A DNA stretch of 64,000 nucleotides from Lama glama (GCA_028534125.1 CM052832.1:15316001-15380000), one strand, 5' to 3'; positions 1 to 10,717 are shown, numbered from the stretch's first letter. Numbers and translations are program-made. Notes: generated by a model not told the origin, from the letters alone.

Positions 1-706
1 GCATGTCACACATTCCCTGAATGGTGCTAGAGGTGGTTCCCAAAAGTGCCCCATGTTCGGAAACAGCAGTAGCCAGCAGCAGCAGCCAGCCCTATCTGAC
101 TCTGGAATACGTTCACCTCTTCCCTTGCTGAATCTTTAAAGTTACTATTTGAATGACACAATCATCACAAAAGGTTTCTTGGATAGAGGTCCATTCTCCC
201 CACTGAGGCTACAGACCTTTCTTACAGCACACTTTACACATTCCCTGGCCTTCCGCGGAGACTCTGGCCCTCTGTGGCCCTGGGTCTGGACTGTCATTTT
301 CTTTTCATTAATTGATTGAAATGGTGCCACGCACTTCTGCGCCCTTTCTTTCATGAGGGGCTTCAGGGGAAAGGCTGAGGACAGGCTATCTTCCTATTAC
401 GGCACTCTGACAGGCCAACAGAATCTGCTAAGAGTGGCCTGAAGACACTCAACAACATGTGTTTAAGTAACAAGAAAGGGCTTTCATTGAAATGACCTTC
501 AGAGCAGCAGTTGAGCTCTAAGTGGACAGGAGAGTGCCATCTGGGAGGGGGCTGACCTCTGCCAAACCCTGCAGGAAAGCCCCAGAAATCCATGGTGTGG
601 CAGGCCCTGTCCGTTGTTTCCACAAGCTCCAAGAATCCAGTCTCCCCACCCGGAGCCCCCAAAGGTATGGCCAAAGGTTAACGGGCTTCAAAGGGAGGAC
701 AGGAGG

Positions 707-713
707 TATATAA
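707..713 (+). promoter_or_regulatory. MLN: TATA box of the motilin gene
   Basis: TATATAA at 707-713, ~80 nt upstream of a GTGAGT donor at 792; an HNF4/DR1-like TGGCCAAAGGTTA lies at 668-680. Confidence 0.75.
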
Positions 714-739
714 GGACCTGTCAGACCAGACAGATGCCA

Positions 740-791
740 GAGGACAAGCAGAGAGAGACTCTTCCCGGCCCACTTGGACCACTCTCATGCC
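740..791 (+). other. MLN: MLN exon 1 (5' UTR; start inferred ~25-30 nt after the TATA box)
   Basis: Ends at GCC|GTGAGT (GT 792-793). Matches the known MLN layout of a short untranslated first exon before the signal-peptide exon. The TSS is inferred. Confidence 0.65.
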
Positions 792-3317
792 GTGAGTAGC
801 CAGAGAAGGGTGGGAAGGTGGTCAGCATGAGTCCTGGGGTGAAACTGGGGTGTGAGCCAAGCCAGCCAAGTCCAGAGCCTTGTGGGATGAGCTGACTGGC
901 TCCTGCAGCTCTCTACCACCTTCAGATACCTACCTGGGCTTCAAACTGAGCGCCTTGAGCTGACTTCCAGAGTGTGGGTTAAAGCTGCACATAGTAGGCA
1001 AGAGCGGGGCTGCCAGGAGGCATGGAGGCTGGAGAGAGGAGCAAATCCTAGCAAGAAGAGCTGTCTGGGTGGGTGGTGCCGTCGACTGCAGGCAGGAACC
1101 CAAGCCAGAGTCCAGCATAGATGCAGGGTCATCCCACTTGGTGTGGAGTCTTGGCTCTGGGAAGTTAAGGGGGAAAGCTGGGTCCCTAGGGAGATGACAT
1201 GGCTTAGCAAGACTAGCCGGGCCTGGTGCTACCATGGGAGGGGGGGAGACAGGCACCCCGTCAGCCAGAACCGAGCACTTGAAGGCTGGAGCCCCATCCC
1301 TGGTGATGGAAAAGAAAAGTCCAGCACCTTACCATACAGTGAAAAGCTCTTGCTCCCACTCTGAGCTCCCCGAACGCAGAAAAGTGTAGGTGATGTGTTG
1401 GCTGCCAGTTGGATCAAGAAAATGAGCAGCAATTGGATTTTTGCCTTTTTTTATTTAAAGTTTGTATTGATTCTTATGGAGTGAATTAAATGCAAACACC
1501 AGAATGAAAAGGGATCTACAGCATCTCGGGAAAAGGAAATGAGGCGCCATAAATGTGACACATCCGTCTCCTCTGGGAAGGAGCTGGGGCCCCAGAGACT
1601 CCGTAGGAGGAGGAATGATGATTCTGAGCCCCCACCCCCACCCTTGCTCTGTCTCCTCAAGATCCCCCCGGGGCTCTGCTCAGGGCCTCAGCTTCTGAGA
1701 GGTGGTCTTCAGTGGGTGACTGGTCCTTCCCGCTCTCCTGGGAAGTTGTATGCAGCTGGCATGGAAGGCTTTGGCTGTCTGAGCTCTCATGTTCTTGCTT
1801 GTGGAGTTTTAGTGAGATGGAGAGACAAAGTAGGACGGGGCCACAGGAAAGCAAAGAGGCAGAGGGAGTCCTGCTCAGCAGAGGGGACTTCACACAATGG
1901 AGGAGACAGGTCCTAGCGGAGAGGCAGGATGCAAGCCCACAGCCTCGAAGAGTTTCTCTGAAGGGACAGTTGAAATTGAACTTGCAGAGAAGTTTGGAGG
2001 CCAGTCTAGGGCAGGTTCCTCTCATACCCATGGAATCCAGGCTGCCCAAGGGCTGTGGGAGTCCTGAATTGACCCCTAGAAACTCTTTATCTGAACCCTA
2101 TAATCCCCCACACCCACACTGCAACAGAGGCTGCCTCTGGTCTCCCTTCCCTGCTCCGGGGGCTTGGCCCCCACACCCAGCAGTCCACCCAGCACAGGAA
2201 CGTTGGTTCCCAGAATATCAGCAGGCCCGCTCTTGTGATGCCCTTCACCTTCTGAGGGCAGAGGCCACCTGGACTGTGGGGCACTGGGACAAGTACCAGG
2301 TCTCAGAAGGCCAACTTCTAGCCACCACTACCTTGGTGGGAGCAGACTTGGAATGGGACCCTATGGACTAAGGAATCAACCAAGGCTAGCACCCAGCAGG
2401 CCACACCCCCCTCCACAGGACCATCCTGACCCTGCCCAGGGTGGGCCCAGCTGGCCCCTTTCTCAAGTCTCTCCATGCCTGCAGTCACCACACCCACCTG
2501 TTCCCTGGCAGTCTTGGCAGCCCTCCTTCCTGCCAGCCATTGCAGACTTACCCACTTCTAGGGATACGGGAGGGCCTCATGCACTCCTGCTGGCACCTGG
2601 CCAGCACTCATGGCTTGGGGTTGGAGGGAGCTGTTGCAGGAAGAAGGTTGTTTCTGGATGGTGGCCAACAGGAAGCTAGACTCACTGGAGCTAGGAAGGG
2701 GCTTGTTCCAGAGCCAGTGCTGGCCCCAGAGTCGGGGAGACCCCACTCTGCTCTTGGATGCGACTCCAAGCTGAAGTTTTCCGTCTGGCTTTGCCTCCAC
2801 ATGGGCAAAGGGTCTCAGTCCCTTCCTCTCTAGAACTGGGGTCTTGGCCTGGTGCCTCCAGGCAGAGCTGGGATCTTCTGGGCTAGGTCTATTCCTTTCA
2901 TCATCCTAACTAGCTCAGGGAGCAGGCAGGCTCCCTGGATCTTGGGGCTTAGTTCTGCTGACAATCAGAGTTTTTCTCTGGGACATGAAGTCTCTCCTAC
3001 TTCATTATTAGTGCAGCTGACCCCAGAAATCCTCCCCAGGAAAAAAGAGAAGGGCCAACAAGTGGAATGATTCTTCCCTGGTATGTGGCAGGGGCAGAGT
3101 GGCCTCTCCATGGCACTTGGGGCAGAGAGGGGGCTCTGAGCTCATCTGGTACAGCCCCACACCAGGTCCGAGTCTAGAGAGGCTAAGTGGCTTGCTCAAG
3201 ATCACATCTACAGGTAGGGCGTGGACCAGAACTGAAGGCTCCTGCCTCTGATGCAGCACTCTGTCACTGTGCCCTACACTTGGTGACAGGAGCTTCTTGT
3301 CGTTGTACAGCTCCAGG

Positions 3318-3434
3318 ATGGTGTCCTGCAAGGCTGTAGCTGTCCTGCTGGTGGTGCATGCAGCTGCCATGCTGGCCTCCCAGACAGACGCCTTTGTTCC
3401 CATCTTCACCTACAGTGAACTTCACAGGATGCAG
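3318..3434 (+). CDS. MLN: MLN exon 2 coding part: signal peptide plus motilin residues 1-14
   Basis: Acceptor TACAG|CTCCAGG (exon starts 3311); translates [39 protein letters not shown]; donor CAG|GTAAGA at 3435. FVPIFTY is the motilin N-terminus. Confidence 0.97.
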
Positions 3435-5288
3435 GTAAGAAATTCTTAAGCTGCCCACCTCCCGGGTGTGGCTGAGGTGACTCACAGCCCTGCTCAGCAC
3501 CAAAGTGGTGTTAGTCTCTCTGAGGCACAAGAGTCCCTTTGGTAAACTCACATTTAATCAGCCATGCCAGTGACACTGAGCCCATCATGAAGAACCAGGA
3601 CCCAAGATATCCACCTCCACCCCTTCACTAGCACCGCAAAGGTGTCAGTGGCTCCCACAAGTGACAGTGACATCTTTTCCCACCCCTGCCCATCCTTCAG
3701 AGGAAATTTTCAATTAACAAGCCAATAAATATTTGCTGAGCATCTCTGCAGCAAAAAGGGCCACCCTGGGTGAGAGGCCGGACATGCAAGGACATCTAAG
3801 AACTTCCCATCTTCAAGAAACGGGCTCGGGAGCCAAGACACAAACATGAAAAATTCACTAACGATGGAAAACAAAAGGGCGATGTCACAAGACAGGACAT
3901 GATTAATTGCCCAGTAAGTGATGCTGATGGTAAGTGCTGAGTTCAGTGGAGGAGAAATCACTGTGGGCTGGTGTGTGTTTGGAAGTCCGCAGGGAAGAGA
4001 GGAACCTAAGCTGGGGGCCTCAAGAGAGGACGGAGCAACAGGTGGGAGCAAATGGCCAGGGTGGGAAAGAAGGTGCCTTTTCAGGTAGTGGTGGCCAAAT
4101 CCTTCTCTTCAGAGCCTGGAAGAAAACAGGGCAGTCTTAAACGGACCTCGGCAGCGGAGCCTGAGGAAAACTGGGCTGCTGACCCTGCCTCCCTGGGCCT
4201 TTTACTTTAGACATCAAGGGGTTCTCAGTGTCTATGCCACCTTTATTTCTTTTTAAATGAGATGAAGAAATGGACCTTACGTGTCCCACGTGCCCAAGAC
4301 CAAGGCTCCAATAGGAACACATACACGAGTCCGTCCTCCGGGCATTGGGGCCCTTGGGGCAACCTCTGCATCAGCGCACTGTCTGGGGGCAGGTTTGCAC
4401 ATATCTCATGAACAGCATCCTTGGTAGAGACAAGACTAGACCCAGCTCCTCTTCTTCAGGGGCAGACGTGGAGAGTGACAGAGGAGATGCAGTGAGCCCC
4501 CAAAACCTACCTTCCTCCACCACTTGGCTCCCTCAGCAGAAAAGACGACCAACTGTTCTAGAATCACCTTGTCTCAGGGCAGGCCCAGAGCCGAACCCCC
4601 AGAGTACTGCCCGTACCAAAGGAATGGGGTGTGTCTGATCTCAGTGCTCAGGGACCTGGCATGCAGGAGGCCCGGCAAGATGTGGGGCTGGACAGAAACA
4701 GTCCAAGTCAACAGAACACCAGCTAACAAAATGGCAACCAAAGGACACTTTGCGTTAATCTGCTCTGTGGTTTTATTCCTCTTAATTACCAGGCCCTGGG
4801 ATTTTTATGAGGAAGCTGCAGACTCCTTCCTCCATAATTCATCTCTCTGTCTTGCCTCTTATAAATCACCTCCCAGGGATTCCAGTTTCCGGGCCACCCC
4901 ATGGCTTCCTCCCAGGCTCAACTGTCGTACCATCTTTTTTATAGGCTCTTTGCTAAGAAAAACACGTTTTCACACTTAATATGCAGGAAGAGCAGCCATT
5001 ATTTTCAGCATTTTAACTTAATTAACAGTAACAATCTGGGTGTAATGTCTGAACTACAAAGGAACGATTCCTCTTGGGGTAGATCTGTTCGTGGGCAAAT
5101 CCGAGGGCCTTAAGCCACTGGGTGTCTGTCACGCCTTGTGCAAGAGACACCTGGGAAAAGGGGTTCTTTTGGCCTAGAAAGCGGGGCTGGGGTTGCTCTG
5201 GCCACTTAGCACTCTGGGTAGAAACACGAAGGGGTCCTGGGGTGGTTGAAGGAAGACAGGTTTGTACAATTTTGTGCTCGGCCCCTAG

Positions 5289-5404
5289 GAAAAGGAGAGG
5301 CACAAAGGTCAAAAGAAATCCCTGAGTGTACACAGAGGTCGGGAGAGGTGAGCCCTCTGGACCCCATGGAGCCCACAGAGGAAGAAGAAAAGGACGTTAT
5401 CAAG
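5289..5404 (+). CDS. MLN: MLN exon 3: motilin 15-22, KK cleavage site, start of motilin-associated peptide; carries a 1-nt frameshift (stop TGA 5349-5351)
   Basis: Acceptor CCCTAG|GAA, donor AAG|GTGAGC at 5405; 116 nt. The entry frame reads EKERHKGQKKSLSVHRGRER*. The homologous QRSGEVSPLDPMEPTEEEEKDVIK continues in a different frame (seen in ORF 5246..5491). Confidence 0.92.
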
Positions 5405-6715
5405 GTGAGCAGACAGGGGGACAACGTAGAGAAACCTAATGGGGGAATGGTTCCCTTGGCCGCCGCAGAATGTTCCAGGACACAGCAATGAATCAGACTT
5501 TCAGGCAGTGAGCTCCATCCTCGCAGAGAGAGACAGACACCAATGATGAGACAATAAACCATTTTAGGCACCAAATAAAGAAATGTGTTAGAGAGTGGGG
5601 CTGGGGACACTGCTTTGGCCAGGGGGGGCAGGGTGGGGAAGACCTCTCAGAGGAGGTGACCTTTGATTTGAAGCCTGAAGGATCGAGAGGAACCATCCAT
5701 GCAAAGAGCTAGAGCAAGAAAATCCCCTAAGAAGGAACAGTGAGCAGAGGCCCTGCTCAGGAAGTACTGTGGGTCAGATCCCAGGCCTAGGGCATGCTGA
5801 GAGAGGGCAAGGGGCTGGCAGGGCCTGGTGGGCCAGGTAAGTCATCTAGGAGGCTGTTGGGTGTTCAAAGCCAGGAGGTCACCTGATCCGACTTAGAAAG
5901 TTGCAGGGCAGCACAAGTGGAGGCAGAAGACCAATCAGGTGGCAGCTGTGGTCCTCAGGAGAGAGATGATGGGGGTGCCGGTTCCTCCCCTAGACAGGAG
6001 CCCTCAGGAGACAGCCTCAGCATCAAAACCCAGGGCCCTAGGCCTTCAGTGCCAAGTTAGGATGCACAGATTGTCGGGGCTGGAGAGAGCTTTGAGTGTG
6101 TTTAGTTCAGCTCTTTATTTCACAGACTCATTTATTCAGACAGTGAATACTTACTGAGCCCATGCTATGTGCAAGGCACAGTTCTGGGCCCTCGGGATAG
6201 GGTGGTGAACAATACAGGCAATTTCTCTGCCCTCATGGAGCTCACACTCCAGGGGGATCAGAAATAAGATACTGGAAGGACCAGCAATAAACTCCAAGCA
6301 GAATAAATAAGCAAACTTTATTGTATATCAGAAAGTGATATGAAAGTAAAACAGGGAAAGGAGATGCAGTGGGTTGTAATTTTAAATAGGGTGATCAGAG
6401 CAGCTTCATGAGCTATTGGTATTTGTGCAAAGACCTGAAGAGACAGAGGGAGTAAACCGTAAGGATGTCTGGGGGAAGTGCTTTCCAGGCAGAAGGAACA
6501 GCCAGTGCAAAGGCCCTGAGGCAGGAGTGGGGCCCATTGCTTTCAGGGAAGAGTAAAGAGGCCTGAGTGGCTGGAGCAAAGGGAGTAAGGGGGGAGAGTG
6601 GGAGGTGAAGCCAGAATGTGGACTTTATAAGCCATTGTTTGGAGTTTGCTCTGATTCTTTTGTGGTGGGAGCCCTTGAGGGCTTTCAAGCAGTGGAGCGA
6701 CATGGTCTGATTTAC

Positions 6716-7193
6716 ACTTTTTTAAATTGAAGTATAGTTGATTTACAATGTGTTAGTTTCTGTTGTACAGCAAAGTGATTCAGTTATACACATATATACA
6801 TGTTCTTTTTTCATATTCTTTCCCATTATGGTTTATTACAGGATATTGAATATAGTTCCCTGTGCTATGCAGTAGGATTGTTGTTTATCCATTTTATATA
6901 TAGTAGCTTGCTAATCCCAAATTCCTATTTTATTCCTCCCCCACCCCCTTCCCCCTTTGGTAACCATAAGTTTGTTTTCTATGTCTGTGAGTCTGTTTCT
7001 GTTTTGTAAATATGTTCATTTGTGTCATATTTTAGATTCCACATGTAAGTGACATCATATGATATTTGTCTTCTGTCTGACCTACTTCACTTAGTATGAT
7101 AATCTCTAGGCCATCCATGTTGCTGCAAATGGCATTATTTTATTCTTTTTTTTATAGCTGAGTAGTAGTATTCCACTATATATATACACATAC

Positions 7194-7234
<41 letters not shown>

Positions 7235-7690
7235 CATATACCACAACATCTTTATCCAGTCATCTATTGAAGGACATTTAGGTTGCTTCCATGTCTCAGC
7301 TGTTATAAATAGTGCTGCTATGAACATTCGGGTGCGTGTATCTTTTTGAATTGGAGTTTTCTCTGGAAATATGTCCAGGAGTGGGATTCATGGATCATTT
7401 CGCAATTTAGTTTTTTAAGGAACCTCCATACTATTTTCCACAGTGGCTGCACCAATTTACTTACTACCAACAGTGTAGGAGAGTTCCTTTTCTCCACAGC
7501 CTCTCCAGCATTTATTATTTGTAGACTTTTTGATGATGGCCATTCTGACCGGTGTGAGGTGATACCTCAATGTAGTTTTGATTTGCATTTCTCTAATAAT
7601 TAGCGATATTAAGCATCTTTTCATGTGCCTGTTGGCCATCTGTGTCTTCTTTGGAGAAATGTCTGCTTGGGTCTTCTGCCCATTTTTGAC
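6716..7690 (-). mobile_element. 5'-truncated L1 (3' UTR plus ORF2 C-terminus)
   Basis: Minus-strand ORFs 7457..7639 ([33 protein letters not shown]) and 7106..7327 (MFIAALF...WKQPKCPS) are L1 ORF2 C-terminal motifs; T-rich tail at ~6717; degenerate target-site duplication CTGATT(T/C)ACA. Confidence 0.92.
7177..7240. repeat. (TA)n/(TACA)n microsatellite inside the L1
   Basis: Direct reading: TATATATACACATACATATACATATATATA... Confidence 0.95.
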
Positions 7691-8960
7691 TGATTCACAT
7701 TTTTAAAGAGTCTCCCCAGCATGTGTGTTGAGGTAAAGGCAGAATTAGGGAGACCACTGAGGAGGCTGCTGCAGTACCCAGGAGATACAGACAGACACAC
7801 AGACAAACAGAGGTCCAGCCCAGGGTGGTCATGGTGGAGGCAGAGCAAAGTGGTCCGATTCTGGAAATATTTTGGAGGTATAAGCTTATGGGATTTGCTG
7901 GGAGTAAAAATGGATATAGGATGTGAAGAAAGAGAAAAGTAAAACCGACTTCAAGGGTTTTGTCTGGAACACCTGGAAGGATAGATTTGCCACTCACTGA
8001 GCAGGTGAAGCCTGTGGTGGTTCATGCCGGTGGGAGGAAGATCATGAGGTAGACTAGACCTGTGAACTATGAGATGCCTGTTGGGCATCCAGGTGGAGAT
8101 GTCACACAGGCAGGTGGACATACAAGTCTGGACTTCAGGAAAGGTTAGGGCTGGAGGCATAAATGTGGGAGTCATCAGCAATTACATAGAATTTCAAGCC
8201 AGAACAAGGTGAGATCCCCGGGGGCAGTGAAGGGGATGGAGAAAGAAGCCCCAGGACTGAGCACAGGGCATTTTTCTGTAAAGAGGCCTGGAAGGGAGGA
8301 GACTGATATCTAAAGACAGAGCATTGCCAAGGTCACACAATGGTCAGGGTAGGACCAGGCTGGACTCCACACCTCCTGCCTCCCAGTGGACACTGGCCAG
8401 TGATCTTTCCAACGTCTTGGGTCCCCACAGCATGCTGTCCATAAACAGTGAGGTCACACACGTGGCTGTCACTGCAGGGTGTAGGGGGGAGGCTCCTTTC
8501 CTTCCCATAGGCTCCCTGAGCACTAGAGGAGGAAGCTGGGAGTAGGTCCTCCACCTGGCAAAGAACTGCCCTCTAAATGCACCTGAGGCTGCATTTCCGG
8601 CACTAATTCTGAGGTTCCCTCAGTCCGTGTTACACCAGATGGAACATCTAGGGAGGCTTGGGGTAAGGTACCTCGTAACCCCTTCCCTTCCCCCTAGAAC
8701 CATGACATACAGGCCATGAGGTCCTTTCTGGGCCATCTAGTCCAGTCTCCTCATTCTAAAGTGAGGAAACAAACCCAGGGAAAGGCACACCCACAGCAAG
8801 GACAGCACAGGCAGGGCTGAAACCCTCAGCCGGTGGAGCCACCTCTAAGGTTGTCCTTCAGGCATCCTGAGCCCATTTCCCACACTGCACGAGTCAGGTG
8901 GGATGGGGGAGCAAGCCAGGGAGTCTCTCAGTCTGCCCACTGCTGGCTTGTGCAGCAAGA

Positions 8961-9036
8961 CCATTGAACCAGGAGGCCCTGGGGGGTGATGGCAAGATCC
9001 ATTGAACCAGGAGGCCCTGGGGGGTGATGGCAAGAT
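8961..9036. repeat. Perfect 38-bp tandem duplication
   Basis: CCATTGAACCAGGAGGCCCTGGGGGGTGATGGCAAGAT at 8961-8998 and 8999-9036. Confidence 0.95.
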
Positions 9037-9149
9037 CAGTTGGCACTCCTGGCTCTGCCCCAGCAACCTCTCTCGGTGAAGAGCCTCCAGACAGCTCCTC
9101 TACAGTCTCACTTGTGTCCCTACGGAGCTAGAGAAAGCGTATCCCGGTG

Positions 9150-9375
9150 GTCATGGGCATGGACCCTGGAGCCAGGCGCCCTGGGTATACCATCTTCATC
9201 CTCTGCCACTTAGTACTTGTGTGACCTTGAGCAAATCACTCTACCCCTTTGTTCTCAGTTTCCTCATATGCAAAATGGGGACACTAATATCCTCTACATC
9301 ATAGGGTTATTGAGAGGCTTAACATATGGAAAGCATTTAGAATGATACCTGACATGTGGTCAAACTCCACCGCGT
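9150..9375 (+). mobile_element. MIR SINE
   Basis: MIR core TGTGTGACCTTGAGCAAATCACT...CTCAGTTTCCTCATATGCAAAATGGGG. Confidence 0.85.
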
Positions 9376-9699
9376 GTTATCTGTTATTATTCAGGAGAAG
9401 GGGAGGGGTGTTTCCTCCTCAAATGAAAAGCCCTCTGTCCCAGCTTCTCCACCAGCAGTGGGTGGTTGATCCTCCTCCTTACTGGCCTCAGCAACTGCCA
9501 GGATCCAGCCCCCTGGTTAGAAATGAGGGGAAGTGGCAGAATTCCCAGCCAGAATCCCCAGAGGATCCCAGAGGATCAGGAAGAGTGGGGCCTGTCAAGT
9601 GGCAAGGCTCCCCGCAGTCCCTCCTGCCACCTGTAGGGCACCCAGGGGTTAACGGCACGGCAGACTCTCCGTTGTGGTTAACTCTGCCTTATTTCACAG

Positions 9700-9808
9700 C
9701 TGACTGCGCCTGTGGAAATTGGAGTGAGGATGAACTCCCGGCAGCTGGAAAAGTACCCGGCCACCCTGGAAGGGCTGCTGAGCGAGGTGCTGCTGTCCAC
9801 CCAGAAAG
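9700..9808 (+). CDS. MLN: MLN exon 4: motilin-associated peptide (out of frame downstream of the exon 3 deletion)
   Basis: Acceptor [47 protein letters not shown] is the motilin/ghrelin-associated peptide motif; donor G|GTACGG at 9809. Confidence 0.93.
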
Positions 9809-10567
9809 GTACGGGGAGGGAGGACAGCCGGGCCTGCCCTCCGCGCGCCCCGGTGTTAATATTCCAGCAGCGCATCTGGGCAGGGTTTGGGGACTGTGAT
9901 TTTTTTTCTGCTTTGCACTTGAGAACCTGCGGCTGCCTTCTCCCTCAAGCACTCCCACCCCCTCGCCCCATCTCTGAGGGGAGCCCAATCACAGAGCAAG
10001 GCTGGCTCGGGGCTCGGATGGCTGCTGTTGGTTGAGGAGGCCTGATTTGAGGGTTCAGACCTCTTTCTTAAATGCCCTTTCAAAGAGGGCCACAGCAAGT
10101 GACAACAACCCCCAACCCTTCCTATGCCGCATATCCGTTCATTCCCTCCCAAAACGCCACTGAGGTCAAGTGGTTGCTCTGAAGGAAACCCTCGTGCAGT
10201 CTCGCTGCAAAAGCCTGCATTCCCCCTCCTCCATCCATTCTGCAAATCGAAGTCCTGAGCCCCATTTGGCCTTGCCAGGTTCAAGGTCTGCCTGGGTTAC
10301 TTGTGCAAAGTTAGATCTTGTCTGACAAACAGCCACTAATTTCTTCTCATAGTGCCTAAAGGAGAGGAGAGGAAGGGAAGAAGTGTTGTTTGAGGAGGAG
10401 GAACTGGGAGGTTGAATTAATAGCCCCAGGCTACAGAAAAAGCTGGAGGTCGACCTCCCCTCCTGGATGTCCCTCCTTCCTCAGACCTGCAGGCAGGTTT
10501 TGAAGGCCGTTTCACAAACAGTCCTGCTGACACTTCTGAGATGCAAACCTCCTTTGTTTTTCTCCAG

Positions 10568-10578
10568 CAGCCAAGTGA
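10568..10578 (+). CDS. MLN: MLN exon 5 coding part (AAK-stop), followed by 3' UTR
   Basis: Polypyrimidine tract TTTGTTTTTCTCCAG|CAGCCAAGTGA; G+CA GCC AAG TGA gives the C-terminal AAK* known from other mammals. Confidence 0.88.
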
Positions 10579-10711
10579 TGGGCCACTCCAGGGAGAAGGT
10601 GGACAAAACTCAGACCCCCACTCCCATCCAGAGAGGGCCCAGAAGTCTGCACAGTCCATCCGCTGGGCTTGGAAGGAAAACACCCTCTCCCAAGCAAATC
10701 CCCCTCCAGCA

Positions 10712-10717
10712 AATAAA
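10712..10717 (+). terminator. MLN: MLN polyadenylation signal
   Basis: AATAAA ~135 nt after the ancestral stop, followed by a T-rich downstream element at ~10739-10760. Confidence 0.8.

Larger units (their letters stand above)
6125..8280 (-). mobile_element. L2 (LINE2) remnant, split by a younger L1 insertion
   Basis: L2 3'-end-like sequence (TACTTACTGAGCCCATGCTATGTGCAAGGCACAGTTCTGGG...CCTCATGGAGCTCACA) continues on both sides of 6716-7690. Confidence 0.75.

Noticed and set aside
1712..2371. 219-aa ORF in MLN intron 1
   Set aside because: No recognisable homology, non-ATG start, no supporting splice structure; consistent with chance.
8961..9036. Direct repeats considered as CRISPR-like
   Set aside because: Only two abutting copies, no spacers, eukaryotic intron, no cas genes.
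9342..9899. 185-aa ORF overlapping MLN exon 4 in another frame, considered as a rescue frame for the frameshift
   Set aside because: Translation already ends at 5349-5351 in exon 3, and this ORF starts in a MIR within the intron with no plausible splice link.
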